From: the human T2T-CHM13v2.0 reference genome, Homo sapiens
Length of the DNA: 64,000 nt
NCBI RefSeq assembly: GCF_009914755.1
Contig: NC_060947.1
Strand: one strand, 5' to 3'
The translations under genes were made by a program, and so were the position numbers. Below are positions 1-14,480 of the stretch, piece after piece. The notes below the pieces were generated by a model. That model saw only the letters and a list, made by a program, of their open reading frames with translations. It searched no databases and had not been told where the DNA came from. Numbering within the stretch: position 1 is the first letter of the stretch; each line of letters starts with the position of its first letter.

Positions 1-90
1 ACCAGCTTGATAGCTAGAATCCTATTTCTTCCAAGTCTGTCTTTCTGTGTCAAAGTAAGGGAAGAGAACAGGGGGAAAGACAATCCACTG

Positions 91-415
91 TTTTTTAAAA
101 TAGATTTTTTTCTGGAGCAGTTTTAGGTTCACAGCAAAATTGAGTGGAAGGTACAGAGATTTTCCATATATTCCCTGTCCCCACTCATGCGTAGACTTTC
201 CCATTATCAACATCCCCCACCAGAGTAGTACATTTGTTACAACCGATGAACCTACATTGACATATCTCAGTCACCCAAGGCCCATAGTTTACATTAGGCT
301 TCACTCTTGGTGTTATGAATTTCATAGGTTTGGTCAAATATATAAAGACATGTATCTACCATTATAGTATCATACAAAGTAGTTTCACTGTCCTAAAAGT
401 CCTTTGTGCTCCGCA
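91..415 (-). mobile_element. L1MC-type LINE-1 3' end fragment
   Basis: gagcagttttaggttcacagcaaaattgag...catttgttacaaccgatgaacctacattgac matches the antisense L1MC1-3 3'UTR. Confidence 0.75.
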
Positions 416-880
416 GATTTTTTACTTTTTCATTTTCTTGTTTTGATGTATGAACACTTGTGATATACTAGTGTGAGATGGCATCCTGTGGGTAGACCAA
501 GTCATCTCAGGAAGATTTTAGAGATGGTTCTTAGTAGAGTCAACCAGGGTGTTAGTGGCAGGCACTGGGGTACAAATGCAGGATTACCTGACATGGAGCT
601 GTTGGGCCAAGATGGAGCCTGGTATCCTGAGGGTACACTGAGAGAGAGAAAAATACATCAGTCATGTGTCTCACCAGGAGCAAGAGTCCCATGGAGGTCA
701 GTATTAGGCAAAGTCAGAGATTTGAGTGGGCAAAAGATGTTGCTGACTTATATCAGCAGGAATGGGGCTCAGGATGGCATGTAGATTTGGAAGGGCAAGG
801 CAGATTACCAGTTTTTGAGGTTCTAATATACTGCTCAGATTATAAAAGAAAAATCCACAAGAGGATATGTGTGGTGGGAA

Positions 881-1055
881 TTAACATTTATTCAGCATCT
901 ACTATGTGCCGTATATAGTGCTATATTTTGTATATGGTAGGTGTTATTATTTTGCATTTTAAAGATAATAAGATTGGGATTTGGAGAAACTAAGAAACTT
1001 GCCCAAAGTCATAGAGCTAGCAAATGGTGAAGCTGAGATCCAAACCAGACTGTCT
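881..1055 (-). mobile_element. MIR SINE
   Basis: Antisense MIR core and tail: acattttattcagcatctactatgtgcc...aacttgcccaaagtcatagagctagcaaatgg. Confidence 0.75.
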
Positions 1056-2326
1056 TGTTGTTTAGAGATCTAGCTGCTAAATCAAGGATACTGGTAGAAA
1101 CTTGATCTCATGAAAATGGAAGAAACCCACATGTTATACTTAGGCACACTGTTCAAGCCCAAGGTGTAGGGAAACTTGATCCTGAGTCATGGTGATGTGC
1201 TATAGCACCTTACATTTCCACAGACTGAGGTCAGGAGAGGGCAAGTCATCTCAGCAAGAGAGGAGGAAGGCTGCAGGGAAGCAACCTCACAATTCATTGC
1301 CATGGCATCCCCCGCCACTGCGGTACTTTAAATGGTCCCCTGGAGTCTGCAAAGTGCAAAGCATTAATGTACCGCTCTAAGTGCTTTTGCTGTCTAATTT
1401 GTTATCATGGAGTGACCAAGTAATATGCGTATTTATGGTGAGCAACAGGGATTCTTAAGTTAGGGGTATAGAGGTATATTGGCAGTGTTTTATGAACTTA
1501 TGAGAAAGAGAAACTTATTCTCTTCTCTAAATTTTCTTAAAATAAATGATGGTCAGAACCTCCTGTTTCTAAGGGAACTAGGAAAACAAAGGCAAATATT
1601 ATCACCACATTGGAAATAGGGTAAAAACAGAGATATCTTTATCACTAAGTTGTGCCGAAAGTTTAATATTCAACCACTTTTTTAAAAAAAGACCACAGAA
1701 CAGAAACTGTATCTTGAATACTAAGTTACTATATGAAGGTTGGATTTTTGAGGATGGTAAAGTCAGGAATTGATTTCATCAAACTGATTACTCTAAGAAG
1801 CTGCCTCAAAGGCAAATCATTTTACATCACAATCAATTATTTGATTTCTAGCATTTAAAAAATTTGCATCAGAGGATATCAGAAAAAATGGGGAACAGTT
1901 TAGAAACAATTATATATTCTCTTTTATCATGCAGTAAGCGACCTGTTTGGTTAAAAAAATTCCTTTTAGGCACTCTGGGAAGGCTTGCTTGGACATAGAA
2001 ATATTCTTAGGTCAGGCTAGTATCTTATTAGACTGTCAAAATTTGTGGATGGGAATATAGATAAATCGAAATTTTGAATATCCCAAGGACATATTTACCC
2101 TTTTTCTAGATTGTGAAAATGACACATTTTGGAATGGAAGATTTGCTCATTTGTCACCCCCTCTAACTTGTTTCCAAAATCCCACAACATTTGAAAATAT
2201 GTAAGTGTCTCATTGGGTTGGATCAGCCATACAAACCCAGCCCCCTATAAAACCTTAGAATATATTATTAAATGCCTGGGATCACACCATCTTAAAACAA
2301 ACAAAAACAAACATAAAATTGTTTTT

Positions 2327-3007
2327 TTTTTGTTTTTTGTTTTTTTATTTTTATTTTTTTATTATACTTTAAGTTCTAGGGTACATGTGCACAATGTGCA
2401 GGTTTGTTACATATGTATATGTGTGCCATGTTGGTGTGCTGCACCAACTGCCTGAGTCTACAGAGGCAGGCAGGCCTCTTTGAGCTGTGATGGGCTCCAC
2501 CCTGTTCAAGCTTCCCAGCTGCTTTGTTTACCTACTCAAGCCTCAGCAATGGTGGACGCCCTTCCCCCAGCCTCGCTGCCGCCTTGCAGTTCAATCTCAG
2601 ACTGCTGTACTAGCAATGAGCCAGGCTCCGTGGGCGTGGGACCCTAAGAGCCATGCGTGGGACCCTAAGAGCCATGCGCGGGATATAATCTCCTGGTGTG
2701 CCGTTTGCTAAGACTGTTGGAAAAGCGCATTATTAGGGTGGGAGTGTCCCAATTTTCCAGGTACCATCTGTCACGGCTTCCCTTGGCTAGGAAAGGGAAT
2801 TCCCCAACCCCTTGCGCTCCCTGGGTGAGGAGATGCCCCGCCTCGCTTCGGCGCACACTCCATGGGCCACACCCACTGTCCGACAAAGCCCCAGTGAGAT
2901 GAACCTGGTACCTCAGTTGGAAATGCAGAAATCACCCGTCTTCTGCGTCGCTCACACTGGGATCTGTAGAATGGAGCTGTTCCAATTTGGCCATCTTGAA
3001 ACCTTTC
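2327..3007 (-). mobile_element. Internally deleted L1PA (L1PA5/6-like): about 550 bp of 5'UTR joined to about 120 bp of 3' end/poly(A)
   Basis: T-rich tail plus ttatactttaagttctagggtacatgtgcac (3'UTR, to 2445), then 5'UTR antisense 2454-3007 ending ggccatcttgaa. Perfect 13-bp TSD taaaattgttttt at 2314-2326 and 3008-3020. Confidence 0.92.
2634..2675. repeat. 21-bp perfect tandem duplication in the L1 5'UTR
   Basis: gcgtgggaccctaagagccat x2. Confidence 0.95.
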
Positions 3008-3299
3008 TAAAATTGTTTTTATCTTTAAAGTTTTCTTCCTTCTTTTTAGGTTCTGTTCACATGCATACATTATCTTTACATTTTAATTGGTTAATTTTAA
3101 TTACTCAATTACAAAAATACATTCTCTTTGCAAAAATTCCAACACAGAAGTATAAAAAGCAAAAGTTACCTTTCAATTACCCATCTCTCTTGAAATCCCA
3201 GAATCTTTATTAGGTCATCATTAACCATTATTAGGGTCTTAGTATGCATCAATTCATCTTTTTCAATGTAATTTATTATACGCATGTATGCACACAAAT

Positions 3300-3600
3300 A
3301 CATATATATTTTTAAACTGTATCACTTGTGAAGCAAATTTTCTTCACATAACAATGTTTTTGACATATCTTTCCACTGAAATCCACCTCACTTAAAAATT
3401 ACTGCATAGTGTTTCAAAATGCAGATGGAATATAACATAGCCATTTCTTTATTGATGGACATTTAGATTGCTTTTCATTTTCTACTTTTATGAATAATGT
3501 TGAAATGTGTATTCTTGCACATACACATTCATCCAAATAGGCAAGCATTTTACTATATTAGGTAGACAGTGGTGATATTACTGGGATGAAAGATATCTTC
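3300..3600 (-). mobile_element. Ancient L1M (L1ME-like) 3' fragment
   Basis: actgcatagtgtttc...tattgatggacatttagattgctttt is a degenerate antisense L1 ORF2 C-terminal/3' region. Confidence 0.55.
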
Positions 3601-3614
3601 AGTTTGGTTGAATT

Positions 3615-3752
3615 TACTTTTGTTATTTTACGTTTTTGTGGGTACATAGTAGGTATATATATTTATGGGTTACATAAGATGTTTTGATACAGGCATGCAA
3701 TGTGAAATAACCACATCATGCAGAATGGGGTATTCATCGCCTTGGGCATTTA
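3615..3752 (-). mobile_element. L1MA (MA2/3-like) 3' end fragment
   Basis: tttttgtgggtacatagtaggtatatatatttatggg...gatgttttgatacaggcatgcaatgtgaaataa. Confidence 0.8.
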
Positions 3753-3939
3753 TTGTTATAATTATTTCATCTTTTTTTTAAAGCATCTTGGGGTGACGCT
3801 ATTTTCAAAATTTTTGGTTTTCTAATAAGTGCTTTTAAGGCAATGGCTTTTTCTCTGGGTATCACATGGCCTGCAGCAGAATGATTGATATCTGGTACTG
3901 ATTATCAGTCATTTCTAGAGGATTTTAAGATATGGTTAA

Positions 3940-4296
<357 letters not shown>

Positions 4297-4329
4297 TAAT
4301 GAATCAGCATATAGTAAAATTGACATTTT

Positions 4330-5200
4330 TTGTTACATATCTATAAATGTGCTAAAATTCATAGAAAGATATTTTTTAACATTTAGGAATTTTAAGTTTC
4401 TATTTTTGCCACTGTTTTCAGAAAATTTGGCCCCCAATTTAAAATAATGTTTTGAAAACTTTCATATAGTTTACTATACAGTAATTTGCAACTGTTTTAA
4501 TGGATATTTTAAAAAATATATTTTCTGCCTGTTGGCCATCAACAATATTCTAATATAGCTAGTATATGCAGCTTCCACTGGTATTCAATTCGTCACTCTT
4601 CTGAGGGTGTACTGAATTTCTGAGAAAAGTGATTAGAGTGTTCCACTGAGATTCATGACTTATAATTTATCAGTTTTGTTTTTGTTTGCTTTAAAGCAGT
4701 TCTTAAATATTTTGAAGCCATGTTGTCAGATGAATAAAAATTTGTGACGTATGTATATTCTTGTTGGATTGTACTATTCATCAATATGAAAATCAATATA
4801 AAATATTTTTGTCCATTTCTATGTCTCACCCTGAATTCTATTCCGTTTTTCATGTAACTAATATTGGCTAGGGTATTGTTTTCCATGTTTTTATTTTAAA
4901 GTACTGTTTTTCATTTGAAAATGTCTTTTGCAAACAACACATATCTGGAATTTATTTTATTTTTGTTTTTGCCCTACCTGAGAGTCTTTGTCTTCCAACA
5001 TGGCTATTGAATCACTTTTACATTTATTGTTATTATTGATATCTTAGATGCATTCTTGCTATCTGATTTTATGTTTTCTCTTAGCCATGGTTTCTCTTTT
5101 TTTCGTTTCTACCATTTTGTTATACTCACTGACTTTTATTTGCTTCAGTTTCTATCTCTAATAGTTTGATAATCGCATATGCTATTTGTTCTCTTTATTT
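4330..5200 (-). mobile_element. Ancient L1M ORF2 5' (endonuclease-region) remnant
   Basis: Degenerate antisense L1 EN sequence (aatattttgaagccatgttgtcagatgaataaaaattt; ttgaatcacttttacatttattg). Confidence 0.5.
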
Positions 5201-5214
5201 TGTATTTTTCAAAA

Positions 5215-5610
5215 ACAATTTTAAATTAAAAAAATTTTGTGAGGACATAGTATGTGTATAATTTACGGGGTACATGAGATGTTTGGATTTTTTTTTTTTT
5301 CTGACGGAGTCTCGCTCTGTTGCCCAGGCTGGAGTGCAGTGGTGCGATCTCGGCTCACTGCAAGCTCTGCCTCCTGGGTTCATGCCATTCTCCTGCCTCA
5401 GCCTCCTGAGTAGCTGAGACTGCAGGCGTCTATCACCACGCCTGGCTAATTTTTTGTATTTTTAGTAGAGACAGGGTTTTACCGTGTTAGCCAGGATGGT
5501 CTTGATCTCCTGACGTTGTGATCTGCCCACCTCGGCCTCTCAAAGCGCTGGGATTACAGGCATGAGCCACCGCGCCCGGCGAGATGTTTTGACATAGACA
5601 TACAATGTGC
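5215..5610 (-). mobile_element. Short L1MA 3' end fragment split by an AluY
   Basis: acatagtatgtgtataatttacggggtacatgagat...gagatgttttgacatagacatacaatgtg flanks the Alu. Confidence 0.65.
5288..5580 (-). mobile_element. Alu (AluY-like)
   Basis: AluY diagnostics gcaagctc, ccattctc and accgtgttagccaggatggtcttgatctc. TSD gagatgttt(g/t)ga at 5276-5287 and 5581-5592. Confidence 0.95.
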
Positions 5611-6707
5611 TCTTTTCTTAGCTACCTTTAAAATTTATCACACATTTAAATTTATTTTTCTACCACTCCTTGAGTCAATTAGTATCATTAACCCCTTACT
5701 ACAATATTTTCATAGCTATAATAAAGTCAGAGAAATATTTTCATGACATTTAAAAATTAATATTACATATGTGTATTTATTAAGCAGCTTTCATAATCAT
5801 TATTTTAATAGTTGTTTAATACTCTATTGAATTGTTATAATAAAATTATATCTCTATTTATTGATTTCTATTCCCCTATTGTGGCTATTTCTGATTATTT
5901 AAATGATTGATTTTGATACCCAATGCAGTAAAAATTAATCTTTTTGTGCCTATAGATTTTCTATTCCAGCATATAATTTTATGACAAATTCTTTGGATTG
6001 AGTTATTGGGACAGTGCAACCTTCTTATGAATATTAAAAGTTTTACCTCCATTGGATAATATTCTTTTCAGCACATAGTAGAAAGGGATTATACAGACAG
6101 TATTTTGAGTTAAGTAAGTAATAAAGGAGAGTAGAATAGATAAGTGACAGGTATAAAGAAGAAAAGGCCTCCGAGTGAGATCTGGGGAGATAAACAGTGG
6201 AAAGTTCAGTTAGAATGTATCCAGAAGCATCAGGGGAATTAAGTAGAAACAGAAGTGCATAGAAAAGGTTAAAAGGTAAGTAATGTCTTTTCTCCATTTA
6301 CTTGTGGAGGGCAGATAATAACAGTCACAGGGGAGTAAAAACTGCTGAATGCAGAAAAGGATTGCCACGATTGTCATCCCAGGTAGTAACGGAGTGTCTG
6401 GAGCTTGTATAAACTCAAAGATGGGTTGACTTCCCCATTATATAAGTTACAAGAGGATATTTATTTATTTATTTAAATTTTTATTATTTATTTGTTTATT
6501 TAAATTATACTTTTAAGTTCTAGGGTACATGTGCACAACATGCAGGTTTGTTACATAAGTATACATGTGCCATGTTGGTGTGCTGCACCCATCAACTCAT
6601 CATTTACATTAGGTATTTCTCCTAATGCTATTCCTCCCCAGCCCCCCAACCCCCGACAGGCCACGGTGTGTGATGTTCCCCACCCCATGTCCAAGTGTTC
6701 TCATTGT

Positions 6708-10295
<3,588 letters not shown>

Positions 10296-10358
10296 TATGA
10301 TGTTAGCTGGTTATTTTGCCCATTAATTGATGCAGTTTCTTCCTAGTATCAATGGTCT

Positions 10359-11381
10359 TTACAATTTGGCATGTTTTTGCAGTGGCTGGTACTGGTTGTT
10401 CCTTTTTATGTTTAGTGCTTCCTTCAGGAGCTCTTGTAGGGCAGGCCTGGTGGTGACAAAATCTCTCAGCATTTGCTTGTCTGTAAAGGATTTTATTTTT
10501 CCTTCACTTATGAAACTTATTTTGGCTGGATATGAAATTCTGGGTTGAAAATTCTTTTCTTTAAGAATGTTGAATATTGGTCCCCACTCTCTTCTGGCTT
10601 GTAGAGTTTCTGCTGAGAGATCCACTGTTAGTCTGATGGGCTTCCCTTTGTGTGTAACCTGACCTTTCTCTCTGGCTGCCCTTAACATTTTTTCCTTCAT
10701 TTCACCCTTGCTGAATCTGACAATTATGTGACTTTGGGTTGCTCTTCTCGAGGAGTATCTTTGTGGTGTTCTCTTTATTTCCTGAAGTTGAACATTGGCC
10801 TGCCTTGCTAGGTTGGGGAAGTTCTCCTGGATAATATCCTGAAGAGTGTTTTCCAATTTGATTCCATTCTGCCTGTCACTTTCAGGTACACCAATCAGAC
10901 GTAGATTTGGTCTTTTCACATAGTCCCATATTTCTTGGAGGCTTTGTTCATTTGTTTTTACTCTTTTTTTCTCTAAACTTGTCTTCTTGCTTTATTTCAT
11001 TAATTTGATCTTCAGTCACTGATACCCTTTCTTTCACTTGATTGAATTGGCTATTGAAGCTTGTGCATGCGTCACGAAGTTCTCATGCCATGGTTTTCGG
11101 CTCCATCAGATCATTTAAGGTCTTCTCTACACTGTTTAGTTAGCCATTCGTCTAACCTTTTTTCAAGGTTTTTAGCTTCCTCGCAGTGGGTTAGAATATG
11201 CTCCGTTAGCTCGGAGAAGTTTGTTATTACCGACCTTCTGAAGAAGCCTACTTCTGTCAACTCGTCAAAGTCATTCTCTGTGTAGTTTTGTTCCCTTGCT
11301 GGCAAAGAGCTACGATTTTTTTGGAGAAGAGGCCCTCTGGTTTTTAGAATTTTCAGCTTTTCTGCTCTCATTTCTCCCCAT
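10359..11381 (-). pseudogene. Disrupted L1 ORF1
   Basis: Start MGRNESRKAENSKN at 11381. Fragment KRPNLRLIGVPE...ARREWGPIFNILKEKNFQPRISYPAK. Frameshifts in the coiled coil. Confidence 0.93.
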
Positions 11382-12006
11382 CTTTGTGGTTGTATCTACC
11401 TTTGGTATTTGATGTTGGTGACCTACAGATGGGATTTTGGTGTAGATGTCCTTTTTGTTGATGTTGATGCTATTCCTTTCTGTTTGTTAGTTTTCCTTCT
11501 AAGAGTCAGGTCCCTCAGCTGCAGGTCTGTTGGAGTTTGCTGGAGGTCCACTCCAGACCCTGTTTGCCTGGAGGCTACAGAACAGCAAATATTGCAGAAT
11601 CTGCAGCAGAGACTGCAAAACAGCAAATATTGCAGAACAGCAAATATTGCTGTCTGATCCTTCCTCTGGAAGCTTTGTCCCAGAGTGGCACCCATCTGTT
11701 TGAGGTTTCTGTCAGCCCCTACTGGGAGGTGTCTCCCAGTTAGGCTACACGGGGGTCAAGGACCCACTTGAGGAGGCAGTCTGTCCATTCTCAGAGCTTA
11801 AACGCCATGCTGGGAGAACCACTGCTCTCTTCAGAACTGTCAGACAGGGACGTTTAAGTCTGCAGAAGTTGTCTGCTGCCTTTTGTTTAGCTATGCCCTG
11901 TCCACAGAGGTGGAGTCTATAAAGTCAGTAGGCCTTGCTGAGCTGTGGTGGGTTCCACCCATTTCGAGCTTACTGGCAACTTCATTTACCTACTCAAGCC
12001 TCAGCA

Positions 12007-12303
12007 ATGGCGGACACCCCTCCCCCAGCCAGGCTACCGCCTTTCAGTTCGATCTCAGACTGCTGCACTAGCAGTGAGCAAGGCTCCGTGGGCGTGGGAC
12101 CTCCTGAGCCAGGCATGGGAGAGAATCTCCTTATCTGCCTGTTGCTAAGACCTTGGGTAAAGTGCAGTATTTGGGCGGAAGTGTCCCATTTTTCCAGGTA
12201 CAGTCTGTCATGGCTTCCCTTGGCTAGGAAAGGGAAATCCTCCGACCCCTTTCACTTCCCAGGTGGGGTGATGCCCCGTCCTGCTTTGGCTAACCCTCTG
12301 TGA
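12007..12303 (+). CDS. L1 antisense ORF0-like open frame (98 aa); translation unproven
   Basis: gcaATGG Kozak context. MADTPPPARLPPFSSISDCCTSSEQGSVGVGPPEPG resembles primate L1 ORF0 (MAGAPPPASLPPCSLISDCCAS...SVGVGPSEPG). No internal stop. Confidence 0.45.
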   Translation: MADTPPPARLPPFSSISDCCTSSEQGSVGVGPPEPGMGENLLICLLLRPWVKCSIWAEVSHFSRYSLSWLPLARKGKSSDPFHFPGGVMPRPALANPL

Positions 12304-12745
12304 GCTGCACCCTCTGTCCAACTTGTCCCAATGAGACGAACGAGGTACCTCAGTTGGAAATGCAGAAATCACCTGTCTTCTGCATCAATCATGCTGGGAA
12401 CTGCAGACCGGAGCTGTTCATATTCGGCCATCTTGGAATGGAATCCTACAAGAGGATATTTAAACTGACCATATGTATAAGATTATGGGCTAAGTTAATA
12501 ACAGTTCAGAAGGCTGCTGAATAAAGGCTGCATGCTTGCTTACTTTAAATGCTTACTATATATCCATTACATAAAATTGTATAATTTTTAAAAGTTCAAT
12601 TATTTATATATATATATCTTCAAATATAAAAATATGTAAATTTAATGATTTAAATGATGATTTACATTTAAAGTGATGATTTAAATATGAAAATCTTTAA
12701 ATAACTGAACTTTTGTATATAACAACTTTCAGGAATGAACCTGAA

Positions 12746-13200
12746 TGCTATGGCTTGAACTGTGCTCCCAAAAAGGGGTATGTTGAAGCCTTAATGTCCA
12801 GCATCTCAAAATGTGACCTTATTTGGAAATGAGATCATCACAGATGTAATTAATTAAGATGGAGTTACACCAGAATAGGTTGGGTCCTTCATGCAATATG
12901 AGTGATGTCCTTATAAAAAGAGAAGATACATAGGCACAGACACACAAGTAGGGAATGCTATGTGACAGTGGAGGCAGAGACTGAAGTGCTGCAGCTGAAA
13001 GTCAAGAATTGTCGACAGCAACCATGAGAAGCGAGGAATAAGCAAGGAAGGATTATTTCCAGAGTCTCAGAGAGACCATGGCCTTGTCAATACCTGGATT
13101 TCAGACTTAGAACCCCAGAACTGTGAAATAGTAAATTTCTGATGTTTTAAGCCACTTAATTTGTGGTATCTTGTTATAGTAGTCCTGGGAAACTAATACA
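12746..13200 (+). mobile_element. MaLR solo LTR (MLT1B/C-like)
   Basis: tgctatggcttgaactgtg start; gtgaccttatttggaaat; ccagaactgtga...aaatttctg; ggaaactaataca end. Confidence 0.85.
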
Positions 13201-13460
13201 GAACCTATTAATTTTGCTAGAGGGCTATAACTGAAGAATCATAGCTAGATGGGGCAACCTATCCTAAGTGAAGCAGGAAATAGTCTTCAGTGTGGAAGTG
13301 CTAATGTGACTACCAACCCAAGATTGTGAAAAGTCCTGAAAAGTCAAGCTGGAGAAAAACTTCTCCACCTTTGTAGTAGTAAGTTACTGTTTGCCAACTT
13401 ACTTATCTAGCTTACAAATAAAGATAGTAAGGAAAATTGGATCAAATACAGTAGCATATC

Positions 13461-13496
13461 CTTTATGTGCAGCATATTCTTTATGTGCAGCATATT
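13461..13496. repeat. 18-bp tandem duplication
   Basis: ctttatgtgcagcatatt x2. Confidence 0.9.
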
Positions 13497-13529
13497 CTAG
13501 GAACCCTAGAACACAAAGATTTTACACTT

Positions 13530-13621
13530 ATTATGCTGAACCATATAAAATTGCTATTTTGTGATTTTTTTTGGTAAAAATTTGGTTAAATATTGGCAAT
13601 TCCATATGGTTCAACCAAATA
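13530..13621. mobile_element. MADE2 mariner MITE (palindromic)
   Basis: Inverted arms tgaaccatataaaattgct ... ggcaattccatatggttca around a short spacer. Confidence 0.8.
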
Positions 13622-13829
13622 AGTTACACTGGAATTTAGAAGGTGACAATATAGATTTCCAACAATTATCAGGAGCATACAATAAACTTCAAATGATAAT
13701 TACTGTATTTGAAAGGATGGGGGAAGATTCAGGAAGATCCTGGAAAGTGATGGGTGTTTGATGGGGAGGGGAGACAGAGAGGGAACAATTTCACTGGAGA
13801 TGGAAGTTCATCCATAGGGAGGGAAAAGT

Positions 13830-14480
13830 CTGGAAAAGTATTTTGGAGATATATTAAAGATCTTCAATGCCCACTTAAGGGATTTCAACTTATTGTTATA
13901 AAATAGGGGAGTGAATTGTCAAAGATTGTCCAGAGGGGAAGATTTGAAGTAGTGAAAGTGATGATTTAGGAAAGTTAATTTGACATGCATTTATTATATT
14001 TAGCAAATATTTATTGTGGCCACAATTTTGCATACAGACAGGTTGGAGAGCTACAACACTGAAGACCTGGAAACCAATGAAGAGGTTATTGCTACAGTGT
14101 AACTATAGTGTTACATGTGCTTGAACTGGAGTCGTAGGTATGGTTTGGCAAAGATCAGAGAGAGCTTGGTGATATGTTTAAGTGTATGGGAAGAAGGTGG
14201 TCAAAGTTGACTCCAGAGTTTTGCATTTAAGTGAATTTAAGAATGGCATTAATAACAAAAATGCAGAAGGCAAGAAAAGAAGCTTGTTCAGGGATTGAGA
14301 CGATAATTTTTTATTATGATACATTTGGGGTGATAGGAAGACCTCTTAGTAGAACTGTCCAACATAGGGCAAAGAATAAGGATAATTCAGGGACCCCTAG
14401 ATGAAGGTGATATGGTCAAGGTCATGAAAGTCAACCAGATCTCCAAGGGATAAATCATATCAGGGAAAATCAGAAGACTA
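13830..14480 (-). mobile_element. Degenerate L2 fragments
   Basis: Purine-rich L2-like tracts (gtcaaagttgactccagagtttt; atttagcaaatatttattg). Boundaries approximate. Confidence 0.4.
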
